Below are positions 38,701 to 50,322 of a stretch of 64,000 bases of DNA, piece by piece. Origin of the DNA: Balanoglossus misakiensis. Its lineage: Eukaryota > Animalia > Hemichordata. Below the pieces are notes generated by a model. That model searched no databases and was not told the DNA's origin. It worked only from the letters and a program-made list of their open reading frames with translations. The translations under genes were made by a program, and so were the position numbers. How positions within the stretch are numbered: position 1 is the stretch's first letter; the number at the start of each line of letters is the position of its first letter. The stretch spans positions 6,572,001 to 6,636,000 of the forward strand of contig CM082590.2 in the NCBI GenBank assembly GCA_040954595.2, read 5' to 3'.

Positions 38701-41700
38701 AAACACTGAGGAAAAATTGTTAGATACTGAAGGCAATGATGTAGCATCAGACACAGAAAATGGAAATGAGCCTGATGGAGATACTAATGGAATATTCATG
38801 GACACATGCTTTCAACCAGTTGACATTGGTCAGGATATTCTTGATTATCACTTTGATGATATCGCTTGTGTTGCTCCTGGCGAGGATAATAAACCTGTTA
38901 GAGTGTTGATGGAGAAGTTCAATGAAGCTAAGTGCTTTCCTGTGATATTCCCAACTGGATCACCAACATTTCACGATGATCGAGAGGTTAAGATAACAAT
39001 AGGACGATACCTGCAGAGTCGCCTCATGAATGCAAGTAACAGGTTTGCAAAAAGCACAGACTACATATTTTATGCACAATATCGTTCAGAACTTGACCAG
39101 GTTGTATCAAATGTTTCAATCGCTTTGAGAAAAGGAACTGCCAACGCTTGTGGCAAAAAGGTGACATCTGATGTTCTGACTGATGGGGATTCTTTGAGAG
39201 AGATATTGAAGTGTGATGAAGGCTACAAGTTTCTAAAACCAGTACGAGGAACTCCTCCTTATTGGCAAGCTACACAGAAAGATATTTTTGCAATGATCAG
39301 ACAGTTAGGTATACCGACATGGTTCTGTTCATTTTCTGCTGCTGACTTAAGATGGAAAGAAGTAATTGAGACTATCCTACGTGAAGAAGGTGATACACGT
39401 AATGCTGAGGATCTCGATTGGTGTGAGAAATGTGGTATCCTGAGACGAAATCCTGTAACAGCAGCAAGAATGTTTGATCATAGATTCCATTGTTTCTTGA
39501 ATGAGGTAATAATGTCACCAGCTAGTCCTATTGGGAAGATCAAAGATTATTTTTATCGAGTTGAGTTTCAGCAGCGTGGATCACCACACACTCACTGTTT
39601 GTTTTGGGTTGAAAATGCACCAAAAGTGGACAAAGATTCTGATGAGGATGTTGTTGAGTTTGTTGACAGATATGTAACATGTGAAATGCCTTCTATAGAG
39701 GAGGATGAGGTACTGCATGAGATTGTGAAAACAGTCCAGAAACACAGCTCAAGGCATTCAAAATCTTGCAAGAAAAAGGGTACTACATGTCGATTCAACT
39801 TCCCCCGACCTCCTTCAAACAAAACCTTTATATGCCACCCATCTGTCAGCATAGATACCGGAATAGAGGTAACAGATGACGATCAGTGTAAGGATGATCA
39901 AATGTCTACATCGCTGGAGAGTGAATTTGAAAATAGTTTGCTTGAGTTGGATGATACAGTATTGGTTCAGAAGAAGGCTAGACAAATTTTAGAACGAGTG
40001 TGGACATGCCTGTGTGATAAAGAGAAACAAATTGATACTATTGATGATTTGTTCAATGCAGTTGGCATATCTCAGGAGATGTTTGAACAAGCAAATGCAA
40101 TTTTGGCAAAGAAGACAAGTGTAGTTCTAAAACGTGAGCCAAGTGATGTTTGGGTGAACCAATATAATACCAACCTTCTCCGTTGCTGGAATGCAAACAT
40201 GGACATTCAGTTTGTGGTGGATGCTTATGCCTGTGTTGTGTACATTGTGTCATACATCTCTAAGGCCGAAAGAGAAATGGGTTTACTCTTGGAACATGCA
40301 CAGAAAGAGGCTAACAAAGAAGGAAATATGGATGCAAAGTCTGCCATGAAAGAGTTAGGTGGTGTATATCTGCACAACAGGGAAATAAGTGCCCAGGAAG
40401 CTGTTTATAGGGTATGTGGTTTGAAACTGAAACAATCATCACGAAAAGTTCAGTTTATTCCAACAGGAGAAAATCAAATTAAAATGAGTCTGCCATTAGC
40501 TGCAATTCAGAAGAAAATGAAAGGTGGTGATTTAGATGAGGAAGAGATATGGATGAATAGCATTGTAGACAGGTACAAGAACAGACCAAATGGGGTAGAT
40601 TTTGACAACATGTGTCTTGCAAAATTTTGTTCTGAATACAGAGTGGTTTCAAAATCAGAAATGAAAAATGTGAGTAATGAAAAACGCCACAGTCCAATAG
40701 TGAAGTTGAAAAATGATGTTGGTTACATGCAGAAAAGATCTATAAGTGATGGTGCTGTTGTTAGATATGCTAGATTTTCTGTTACCAAATGTCCAGAAAA
40801 GCACTATGGCAGTATATTACAACTGTTTCTCCCATATCGTACGGAATCACAACTGAAACCTAGTGGATTTGAATCGTTTGAGGATTTTTATTGTCTTGGT
40901 GCAGTGAAATGTGGCACTGCTTCTTTAGAAAAGGTTAAAATGATTGTAGATGCCAATAAAGCATTATTTGAAACAGAGGCTGATGCTATTGATGCAGCTG
41001 GACAATTTCTTGATGAGAATGGCCATCTTGAAGATGCATGGGCTCAAATATGTCCAGAAAATGAATTAGAACGATTGGAATGCATTGAAGAAGGTAAAAA
41101 GTGCTGTGATGATGATCCAGTGGATGACAGTGATATTCCGGACTTGGTAAAAAAACCTAAAGGTGATGATTGCCATGTAGAACTTTCAAATTCAATGAAG
41201 AAATATGAGGTTGAAGCAATGTGTAGATCTTTGAACAAGAAACAAGCAGAAGTGTTTTACACTGTCAGGAAGTGGTGTTTGGACAAAAGCAATGGCAAGA
41301 ATCCAGAACCCTTTTATTTGTTTGTCACTGGTGGTGCTGGTACTGGAAAAAGTCACTTAATCAAAAGCATATATCATGAAGCCAAACGAATTCTAGCTCG
41401 TGCAATGCCAGATGTTGATGGAATTTCAATTGCTTTAACTGCACCAACAGGAGTAGCAGCGTTTAATATACAAGGAACAACTCTCCATCATATATTCTCC
41501 ATAGCTGTTGACTCAAAGCTGCCATATCAGCCACTGCGTGAAGAAAAGCTCAATACTCTTCGTTGCAAGTTTGGTAACCTTCAAATTTTGATAATAGATG
41601 AGATTTCTATGGTAGACAAAAAGTTACTGTACTATGTTCATGGAAGACTGCGACAAATCAAACAGTCATCGGCTGAGTCACCATTTGGGAATGTGTGTGT

Positions 41701-43312
41701 TATTGCTGTGGGTGATTTTTATCAACTCCCGCCTGTGAAAGCAAGTCCACTGTGTATAGACCGTGAATCCGTCAATCTGTGGAATGACAATTTCAGTATG
41801 GTAGAATTAACTGAAATAATGAGACAGAAAGACTGTGCATTTGCAGAGGCATTAAATCGAGTAAGAGTTCACAAAAAGGGGGACACACTAAATGCTGGTG
41901 ATGTGGCAATGTTACAAAAGTGTGTTACTGGTGAAACATCTGAGGCAATGCATGTTTTTGCTACAAATGCAGAGGTTAATAGCTGTAATGTTGAAATGCT
42001 TCATTCTCAATGTTCTGATCCTGTGTGTATTGAAGCAGAAGATTTTAGCAGAAATCCTAAAAGTGGACGACTAGAAAAAAAGGAAGGTCACCATGTCAAA
42101 GTGTTCAGGACAACTTTGCCAAAGACTCTTACTCTAGCTGTTGGTGCACGAGTCCAATTGACGCATAACATTGATGTGGCTGATGGTTTGGTGAATGGCG
42201 TTTTTGGGACAGTATGTCACATTGCAGTAAAACCAAATGAAAAATTCCCAGCTGCCATTTATGTTGTATTTGATAATGAGAAAGTTGGCCAAGGATTGCG
42301 TAAAAAGAAGCCTATAACTATATCTGACCTTCCAGTAAACAGTACCCCTATAGAACCTCAGGAAATGTCTGTTGCAAGTAATGGTGGTATTAGGAGGCAG
42401 TTTCCTTTAAAACTAGCTTGGGCATGTACAGTGCATAAGGTACAGGGATTGACAGTTGATAAAGCTGTTGTCAGTTTAAAGAAGATGTTTGCACCAGGAC
42501 AGGCATATGTGGCATTGAGTCGGGTGACAACATTAGATGGTCTCATTATTAATGACTTTAACAAATCATCCATATATTGCAATGAAAAGGTCCAAGAAGC
42601 CCTGGAAACAATGCCAAAATTTCTCCCCAAGTGTACTCAGAAAGAACACAGTAATTATACATGCTCATTTGTATTGCATAATGTGGAGGGACTTGTCAAT
42701 CACATTAAAGATATTTGCAATGACAGTGAATATTTGGAAGCAGACTTCATTTGTTTGACGGAAACTTGGTTATCTGAAAAAGGAACACATTGTAATTTGC
42801 AATTGAGCGGATTTGAATTCAATCACCAACCACGATCTCAATCCTACAATCAATTTGATAGAAATACATCAAGTCTACAGTTGCAACAGCGGGGTGGTGT
42901 TGGAGTCTATAGCAAACTATGTAATGATTTTGAAATTTTGCATTTGGGTGTGTGTAATTTGGAATGTATTTCATTTTATGTCACTAAAATCAATGTTACA
43001 GTAGCTGTAGTTTATAGACCACCATCATACAAAGCAGAGGTATTCAAAAAAAGTTTGGTTTGTTTGGTGAAAGCAATGGAAAAATACCCAGGAGGAAAAC
43101 TGATCATGGGTGATTTCAATGAAGATATCTTGTCCCGGTCATCACTTGTAAAGTTCATGGAAGATCATGGTTTCAGACAATTTGTTAGCGAACCAACTAC
43201 AGAAGCTAATACATTGATTGATCATGTGTATGTGAAAGGAATAAAATATGTGACAGTAAATGTGGTACCAAAATACTTCAGCTTTCATGAAGCAATAAGC
43301 ATCAAAATATAA
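35771..43312 (+). CDS. Helentron RepHel transposase: OTU protease, Zn finger, HUH Rep, Pif1-family SF1B helicase, APE-like endonuclease
   Basis: GDGNCFFRS..WAT..NHYE (OTU); CSVC/CHTC; FCSFSAAD, VEFQQRGSPHTHCL, YIVSYISK (Rep); GGAGTGKS, IIDEIS, GDFYQLPPV, HKVQGLT, YVALSR (helicase); HNVEGL, LTETW, YRPP, GDFN, IDH, FHEA (APE). Uninterrupted. Confidence 0.97.
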   Translation: MPRSRYWRKKRSQKNEDTVVSEDPVLLKNRIAIEHKEGPALSKNRNRNEYKEGPALSKNRNRNEFKEGPALSKNRNRNEYKEGPALSKNRNRNEYKEGPALSKNRNRNEFKEGPALSKNRNMDKIRKSDRENESTKVNNEIFETENQSVDKTEGSNEILQEHSLDNDSSDDLYIGSGTGDSVYSFSPLTFDVCEQLCCKFDIVDKNNIDIFNKLGSVTIGDPCNYKSIIGDGNCFFRSLSYCISGTERNHGVIRTAIVNHLKANEEVYSGWVRLDGYTSVADYIAKSRMDHLGTWATETEILATTNLFNVNIFVYSFDSWWKHSCNIINKNNVDRGVGIYLNHRNRNHYEVVECVKTPQLENCHCTHIDCNEVVPIENVTGECMGVTDNECSKQIGLKKEFHLDDVFATQCFAPVRNKKRGRAIGERLKKKLRREKYESERGKLNELNVPSSLKSSKASKQYERYQTNSEYRDNIKSDSRKRYHEDVLYRENKKRRLAGRYDHDLVYREVQKTVCAEQCLAKYEKVPLYREHKKSESAAQCVDKYKKDQTFREQKKRQSAEQCVDKYKKDQTFREQKKRQNAALCVDKYKKDQTFREQKKRQCVDKYKKDQTFREQKKRQSAAQCVDKYKKDQTFREQKKRQSAAQCVHKYKKDLEFREQKKRQTAAVFADKFQNDQKFREHKKSQNAAQFLDKYNRDEEFQNWTKKKCLERYQQDHVYKQTVLQRRRTERKVTKIEKGNIERVIIDFRNQISVGPNCVCSVCHRRLFRKQVIVCKMDNYVSKGGLCEMNANKCITQEYVHNCSELCIVDCPLKSSAASKLWICHTCHSKLLRAEMPVQAAANNLDVKPIPDELKCLNSLEQHLIALHIPFMKMMALPRGGQNGVHGPVVCVPSNIEKATSILPRGELEDQMIKVKLKRKLSYKGCYQYQFVNKGHIQNALEYLQKNNKWYNDVKFNLTWENTLEKTEEKSNGESNENTEEKLLDTEGNDVASDTENGNEPDGDTNGIFMDTCFQPVDIGQDILDYHFDDIACVAPGEDNKPVRVLMEKFNEAKCFPVIFPTGSPTFHDDREVKITIGRYLQSRLMNASNRFAKSTDYIFYAQYRSELDQVVSNVSIALRKGTANACGKKVTSDVLTDGDSLREILKCDEGYKFLKPVRGTPPYWQATQKDIFAMIRQLGIPTWFCSFSAADLRWKEVIETILREEGDTRNAEDLDWCEKCGILRRNPVTAARMFDHRFHCFLNEVIMSPASPIGKIKDYFYRVEFQQRGSPHTHCLFWVENAPKVDKDSDEDVVEFVDRYVTCEMPSIEEDEVLHEIVKTVQKHSSRHSKSCKKKGTTCRFNFPRPPSNKTFICHPSVSIDTGIEVTDDDQCKDDQMSTSLESEFENSLLELDDTVLVQKKARQILERVWTCLCDKEKQIDTIDDLFNAVGISQEMFEQANAILAKKTSVVLKREPSDVWVNQYNTNLLRCWNANMDIQFVVDAYACVVYIVSYISKAEREMGLLLEHAQKEANKEGNMDAKSAMKELGGVYLHNREISAQEAVYRVCGLKLKQSSRKVQFIPTGENQIKMSLPLAAIQKKMKGGDLDEEEIWMNSIVDRYKNRPNGVDFDNMCLAKFCSEYRVVSKSEMKNVSNEKRHSPIVKLKNDVGYMQKRSISDGAVVRYARFSVTKCPEKHYGSILQLFLPYRTESQLKPSGFESFEDFYCLGAVKCGTASLEKVKMIVDANKALFETEADAIDAAGQFLDENGHLEDAWAQICPENELERLECIEEGKKCCDDDPVDDSDIPDLVKKPKGDDCHVELSNSMKKYEVEAMCRSLNKKQAEVFYTVRKWCLDKSNGKNPEPFYLFVTGGAGTGKSHLIKSIYHEAKRILARAMPDVDGISIALTAPTGVAAFNIQGTTLHHIFSIAVDSKLPYQPLREEKLNTLRCKFGNLQILIIDEISMVDKKLLYYVHGRLRQIKQSSAESPFGNVCVIAVGDFYQLPPVKASPLCIDRESVNLWNDNFSMVELTEIMRQKDCAFAEALNRVRVHKKGDTLNAGDVAMLQKCVTGETSEAMHVFATNAEVNSCNVEMLHSQCSDPVCIEAEDFSRNPKSGRLEKKEGHHVKVFRTTLPKTLTLAVGARVQLTHNIDVADGLVNGVFGTVCHIAVKPNEKFPAAIYVVFDNEKVGQGLRKKKPITISDLPVNSTPIEPQEMSVASNGGIRRQFPLKLAWACTVHKVQGLTVDKAVVSLKKMFAPGQAYVALSRVTTLDGLIINDFNKSSIYCNEKVQEALETMPKFLPKCTQKEHSNYTCSFVLHNVEGLVNHIKDICNDSEYLEADFICLTETWLSEKGTHCNLQLSGFEFNHQPRSQSYNQFDRNTSSLQLQQRGGVGVYSKLCNDFEILHLGVCNLECISFYVTKINVTVAVVYRPPSYKAEVFKKSLVCLVKAMEKYPGGKLIMGDFNEDILSRSSLVKFMEDHGFRQFVSEPTTEANTLIDHVYVKGIKYVTVNVVPKYFSFHEAISIKI
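35875..36133 (+). repeat. In-frame 45-bp coding repeat (~6 x KEGPALSKNRNRNEY/F)
   Basis: Read in DNA and protein. Confidence 0.95.
37320..37860 (+). repeat. In-frame coding repeat of mostly 69-bp units (QCVDKYKKDQTFREQKKRQSAA-like)
   Basis: Protein periodicity with one shortened unit; charged, probably helical region. Confidence 0.8.
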
Positions 43313-46300
43313 TTATTTAGACTTGTGTTTTGAAATAAAATCAGTGTGATTAGAAAAATAAAGATATAACCCACCGCGAGGAATAACCTTATTCAGGTAC
43401 ATGATTCAATAACGGCCTTTGTTACGGAAAAGCTGAGTGATGGTACCAGACCTTGTTGCTTCACCAGGGCAAAGTGTGTGCTTCTGGTGGTAGGACATGA
43501 CCGGGCAAGTGATCTGATTTGGCGGGCGACTTGTGCTTGTCGCTGCGCTCCTTGCCTGGTCATACTGCCAGTAGCACACTATAGTGCACAGCGATGAGGT
43601 CTGGGAGTGAGACTAGATAAAAACAAAACTACCCAGCAAGAGGTTAAATGTTCTTATACTGGCTCCTATGTTAAATCAATTCAAATACTTAATTGTCAAC
43701 AATAGCTGTGAAACTTGTCTTCATGAGGCTCATCAATCAGTTATAAATTCAGGATAAATGACATTTTGATAACAATGTATATACACAAATAAGACAACAT
43801 GATGAAAAGCATATCTGCAGCACTGGATAAAACTAAAAAAGGATGAAACTTGAATTTAAAATAGATATAGCTGTTGGCAAAAGTATTTTCCAAAGGAATT
43901 GTTTCCTGTTAAATTGATCTCTGTAGCATGTCCATAATTGGAGATTTTAAAAGAATTTTTAAAGTGGGTAGTCGGGATCTGTAGCAATAGTGTGTGCATG
44001 TCGTTCAACTGCCTTATGATATAATCTGAGAAAGCTGACATCATCATTTTACATAACATGTATTTACCTTACCGCAAAATAATATTGACCACCAGATTGC
44101 TTTTGATAAGGTTACGATAAGGTAGCGATACACCAACTGCAAATAATTTGAAGCAAATTAACTACAGAAGCTAATAAATTGATTGATCTTGTGTCTGAGA
44201 AAGGAATAGAAAGTGTGACGGTAAATGTTGTACCAAAATACTTTAGCTTTCATGAAGCAATAAGGATCAAAATATTAATTTAGAGTTGTGTTTTGAAATA
44301 ACATAAGTGTTATTAGAAAAATAAAGATATAACCCATCACGAGGAAAAACCTCATTCACGTACATGATTTAATAATGGCCTTTGTTACGGAAAAGCTGAG
44401 TGATGGTACCAGACCTTGTTGCTTCACCAGGGCAAAGTGTGTGCTTCTGGTGGTAGGACATGACCGGGCAAGTGATCTGATTTGGCGGGCGACTTGTGCT
44501 TGTCGCTGCGCTCCTTGCCTGGTCATACTGCCAGTAGCACACTATAGTGCACAGCGATGAGGTCTGGGAGTGAGACTAGATAAAAACAAAACTACCCAGC
44601 AAGAGGTTAAATGTTCTTATACTGGCTCCTATGTTAAATCAATTCAAATACTTAATTGTCAACAATAGCTGTGAAACTTGTCTTCATGAGGCTCATCAAT
44701 CAGTTATAAATTCAGGATAAATGACATTTTGATAACAATGTATATACACAAATAAGACAACATGATGAAAAGCACATCTGCAGCACTGGATAAAACTAAA
44801 AAAGGATGAAACTTGAATTTAAAATAGATATAGCTGTTGGGAAAAGTATTTTCCAAAGGAATTGTTTCCTGTTAAATTGATCTCTGTAGCATGTCCATAA
44901 TTGGAGATTTTAAAAGAATTTTTAAAGTGGGTAGTCGGGATCTGTAGCAATAGTGTGTGCATGTCGTTCAACTGCCTTATGATATAATCTGAGAAAGCTG
45001 ACATCATCATTTTACATAACATGTATTTACCTTACCGCAAAATAATATTGACCACCAGATTGCTTTTGATAAGGTTACGATAAGGTAGCGATACACCAAC
45101 TGCAAATAATTTGAAGCAAATTAACTACAGAAGCTAATAAATTGATTGATCTTGTGTCTGAGAAAGGAATAGAAAGTGTGACGGTAAATGTTGTACCAAA
45201 ATACTTTAGCTTTCATGAAGCAATAAGGATCAAAATATTAATTTAGAGTTGTGTTTTGAAATAACATAAGTGTTATTAGAAAAATAAAGATATAACCCAT
45301 CACGAGGAAAAACCTCATTCACGTACATGATTTAATAATGGCCTTTGTTACGGAAAAGCTGAGTGATGGTACCAGACCTTGTTGCTTCACCAGGGCAAAG
45401 TGTGTGCTTCTGGTGGTAGGACATGACCGGGCAAGTGATCTGATTTGGCGGGCGACTTGTGCTTGTCGCTGCGCTCCTTGCCTGGTCATACTGCCAGTAG
45501 CACACTATAGTGCACAGCGATGAGGTCTGGGAGTGAGACTAGATAAAAACAAAACTACCCAGCAAGAGGTTAAATGTTCTTATACTGGCTCCTATGTTAA
45601 ATCAATTCAAATACTTAATTGTCAACAATAGCTGTGAAACTTGTCTTCATGAGGCTCATCAATCAGTTATAAATTCAGGATAAATGACATTTTGATAACA
45701 ATGTATATACACAAATAAGACAACATGATGAAAAGCACATCTGCAGCACTGGATAAAACTAAAAAAGGATGAAACTTGAATTTAAAATAGATATAGCTGT
45801 TGGGAAAAGTATTTTCCAAAGGAATTGTTTCCTGTTAAATTGATCTCTGTAGCATGTCCATAATTGGAGATTTTAAAAGAATTTTTAAAGTGGGTAGTCG
45901 GGATCTGTAGCAATAGTGTGTGCATGTCGTTCAACTGCCTTATGATATAATCTGAGAAAGCTGACATCATCATTTTACATAACATGTATTTACCTTACCG
46001 CAAAATAATATTGACCACCAGATTGCTTTTGATAAGGTTACGATAAGGTAGCGATACACCAACTGCAAATAATTTGAAGCAAATTAACTACAGAAGCTAA
46101 TAAATTGATTGATCTTGTGTCTGAGAAAGGAATAGAAAGTGTGACGGTAAATGTTGTACCAAAATACTTTAGCTTTCATGAAGCAATAAGGATCAAAATA
46201 TTAATTTAGAGTTGTGTTTTGAAATAACATAAGTGTTATTAGAAAAATAAAGATATAACCCATCACGAGGAAAAACCTCATTCACGTACATGATTTAATA

Positions 46301-49300
46301 ATGGCCTTTGTTACGGAAAAGCTGAGTGATGGTACCAGACCTTGTTGCTTCACCAGGGCAAAGTGTGTGCTTCTGGTGGTAGGACATGACCGGGCAAGTG
46401 ATCTGATTTGGCGGGCGACTTGTGCTTGTCGCTGCGCTCCTTGCCTGGTCATACTGCCAGTAGCACACTATAGTGCACAGCGATGAGGTCTGGGAGTGAG
46501 ACTAGATAAAAACAAAACTACCCAGCAAGAGGTTAAATGTTCTTATACTGGCTCCTATGTTAAATCAATTCAAATACTTAATTGTCAACAATAGCTGTGA
46601 AACTTGTCTTCATGAGGCTCATCAATCAGTTATAAATTCAGGATAAATGACATTTTGATAACAATGTATATACACAAATAAGACAACATGATGAAAAGCA
46701 CATCTGCAGCACTGGATAAAACTAAAAAAGGATGAAACTTGAATTTAAAATAGATATAGCTGTTGGCAAAAGTATTTTCCAAAGGAATTGTTTCCTGTTA
46801 AATTGATCTCTGTAGCATGTCCATAATTGGAGATTTTAAAAGAATTTTTAAAGTGGGTAGTCGGGATCTGTAGCAATAGTGTGTGCATGTCGTTCAACTG
46901 CCTTATGATATAATCTGAGAAAGCTGACATCATCATTTTACATAACATGTATTTACCTTACCGCAAAATAATATTGACCACCAGATTGCTTTTGATAAGG
47001 TTACGATAAGGTAGCGATACACCAACTGCAAATAATTTGAAGCAAATTAACTACAGAAGCTAATAAATTGATTGATCTTGTGTCTGAGAAAGGAATAGAA
47101 AGTGTGACGGTAAATGTTGTACCAAAATACTTTAGCTTTCATGAAGCAATAAGGATCAAAATATTAATTTAGAGTTGTGTTTTGAAATAACATAAGTGTT
47201 ATTAGAAAAATAAAGATATAACCCATCACGAGAAAAAACCTCATTCACGTACATGATTTAATAATGGCCTTTGTTACGGAAAAGCTGAGTGATGGTACCA
47301 GACCTTGTTGCTTCACCAGGGCAAAGTGTGTGCTTCTGGTGGTAGGACATGACCGGGCAAGTGATCTGATTTGGCGGGCGACTTGTGCTTGTCGCTGCGC
47401 TCCTTGCCTGGTCATACTGCCAGTAGCACACTATAGTGCACAGCGATGAGGTCTGGGAGTGAGACTAGATAAAAACAAAACTACCCAGCAAGAGGTTAAA
47501 TGTTCTTATACTGGCTCCTATGTTAAATCAATTCAAATACTTAATTGTCAACAATAGCTGTGAAACTTGTCTTCATGAGGCTCATCAATCAGTTATAAAT
47601 TCAGGATAAATGACATTTTGATAACAATGTATATACACAAATAAGACAACATGATGAAAAGCACATCTGCAGCACTGGATAAAACTAAAAAAGGATGAAA
47701 CTTGAATTTAAAATAGATATAGCTGTTGGCAAAAGTATTTTCCAAAGGAATTGTTTCCTGTTAAATTGATCTCTGTAGCATGTCCATAATTGGAGATTTT
47801 AAAAGAATTTTTAAAGTGGGTAGTCGGGATCTGTAGCAATAGTGTGTGCATGTCGTTCAACTGCCTTATGATATAATCTGAGAAAGCTGACATCATCATT
47901 TTACATAACATGTATTTACCTTACCGCAAAATAATATTGACCACCAGATTGCTTTTGATAAGGTTACGATAAGGTAGCGATACACCAACTGCAAATAATT
48001 TGAAGCAAATTAACTACAGAAGCTAATAAATTGATTGATCTTGTGTCTGAGAAAGGAATAGAAAGTGTGACGGTAAATGTTGTACCAAAATACTTTAGCT
48101 TTCATGAAGCAATAAGGATCAAAATATTAATTTAGAGTTGTGTTTTGAAATAACATAAGTGTTATTAGAAAAATAAAGATATAACCCATCACGAGAAAAA
48201 ACCTCATTCACGTACATGATTTAATAATGGCCTTTGTTACGGAAAAGCTGAGTGATGGTACCAGACCTTGTTGCTTCACCAGGGCAAAGTGTGTGCTTCT
48301 GGTGGTAGGACATGACCGGGCAAGTGATCTGATTTGGCGGGCGACTTGTGCTTGTCGCTGCGCTCCTTGCCTGGTCATACTGCCAGTAGCACACTATAGT
48401 GCACAGCGATGAGGTCTGGGAGTGAGACTAGATAAAAACAAAACTACCCAGCAAGAGGTTAAATGTTCTTATACTGGCTCCTATGTTAAATCAATTCAAA
48501 TACTTAATTGTCAACAATAGCTGTGAAACTTGTCTTCATGAGGCTCATCAATCAGTTATAAATTCAGGATAAATGACATTTTGATAACAATGTATATACA
48601 CAAATAAGACAACATGATGAAAAGCACATCTGCAGCACTGGATAAAACTAAAAAAGGATGAAACTTGAATTTAAAATAGATATAGCTGTTGGCAAAAGTA
48701 TTTTCCAAAGGAATTGTTTCCTGTTAAATTGATCTCTGTAGCATGTCCATAATTGGAGATTTTAAAAGAATTTTTAAAGTGGGTAGTCGGGATCTGTAGC
48801 AATAGTGTGTGCATGTCGTTCAACTGCCTTATGATATAATCTGAGAAAGCTGACATCATCATTTTACATAACATGTATTTACCTTACCGCAAAATAATAT
48901 TGACCACCAGATTGCTTTTGATAAGGTTACGATAAGGTAGCGATACACCAACTGCAAATAATTTGAAGCAAATTAACTACAGAAGCTAATAAATTGATTG
49001 ATCTTGTGTCTGAGAAAGGAATAGAAAGTGTGACGGTAAATGTTGTACCAAAATACTTTAGCTTTCATGAAGCAATAAGGATCAAAATATTAATTTAGAG
49101 TTGTGTTTTGAAATAACATAAGTGTTATTAGAAAAATAAAGATATAACCCATCACGAGAAAAAACCTCATTCACGTACATGATTTAATAATGGCCTTTGT
49201 TACGGAAAAGCTGAGTGATGGTACCAGACCTTGTTGCTTCACCAGGGCAAAGTGTGTGCTTCTGGTGGTAGGACATGACCGGGCAAGTGATCTGATTTGG

Positions 49301-49928
49301 CGGGCGACTTGTGCTTGTCGCTGCGCTCCTTGCCTGGTCATACTGCCAGTAGCACACTATAGTGCACAGCGATGAGGTCTGGGAGTGAGACTAGATAAAA
49401 ACAAAACTACCCAGCAAGAGGTTAAATGTTCTTATACTGGCTCCTATGTTAAATCAATTCAAATACTTAATTGTCAACAATAGCTGTGAAACTTGTCTTC
49501 ATGAGGCTCATCAATCAGTTATAAATTCAGGATAAATGACATTTTGATAACAATGTATATACACAAATAAGACAACATGATGAAAAGCACATCTGCAGCA
49601 CTGGATAAAACTAAAAAAGGATGAAACTTGAATTTAAAATAGATATAGCTGTTGGGAAAAGTATTTTCCAAAGGAATTGTTTCCTGTTAAATTGATCTCT
49701 GTAGCATGTCCATAATTGGAGATTTTAAAAGAATTTTTAAAGTGGGTAGTCGGGATCTGTAGCAATAGTGTGTGCATGTCGTTCAACTGCCTTATGATAT
49801 AATCTGAGAAAGCTGACATCAACATTTTACATAACATGTATTTACCTTACCGCAAAATAATATTGACCACCAGATTGCTTTTGATAAGGTTACGATAAGG
49901 TAGCGATACACCAACTGCAAATAATTTG
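43175..49928 (+). repeat. 963-bp tandem repeat, 7 units, starting inside the RepHel 3' end
   Basis: ORF markers at 43856, 44819, 45782, 46745, 47708, 48671, 49634. Confidence 0.96.
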
Positions 49929-50180
49929 TCTAACATGTTGTGATTTAACTTTCAGAAAAAGATATAAACTCTGGGGGAGGACAGGGTAATTAAGACTAGG
50001 TTGTCTACACGCCTTAGTGAGTTGTCTGTCTGTCTGTCTGTCTGAAGATAAACTCAGGCGAAGGATTGAGTCATTTAAGACAGGCTGCCTGGCTGTCATA
50101 ATGTTATATCTGTCTGTATGTCTTTGTCATGTATGCACTGGCATATGTACATTTGTAACATATGTACATGTGTATATGCA

Positions 50181-50182
50181 TG

Positions 50183-50216
<34 letters not shown>

Positions 50217-50322
50217 CATGCAGGCATGTATGTATGTATGTATGTATGTATGTATGTATGTATGTATGTATGTATGTATGTATGTATGTATGTATGTATG
50301 TATGTATGTATGTATGTATGTA
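50181..50322. repeat. Compound (GT)n/(GTAT)n microsatellite
   Basis: Read directly. Confidence 0.97.
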
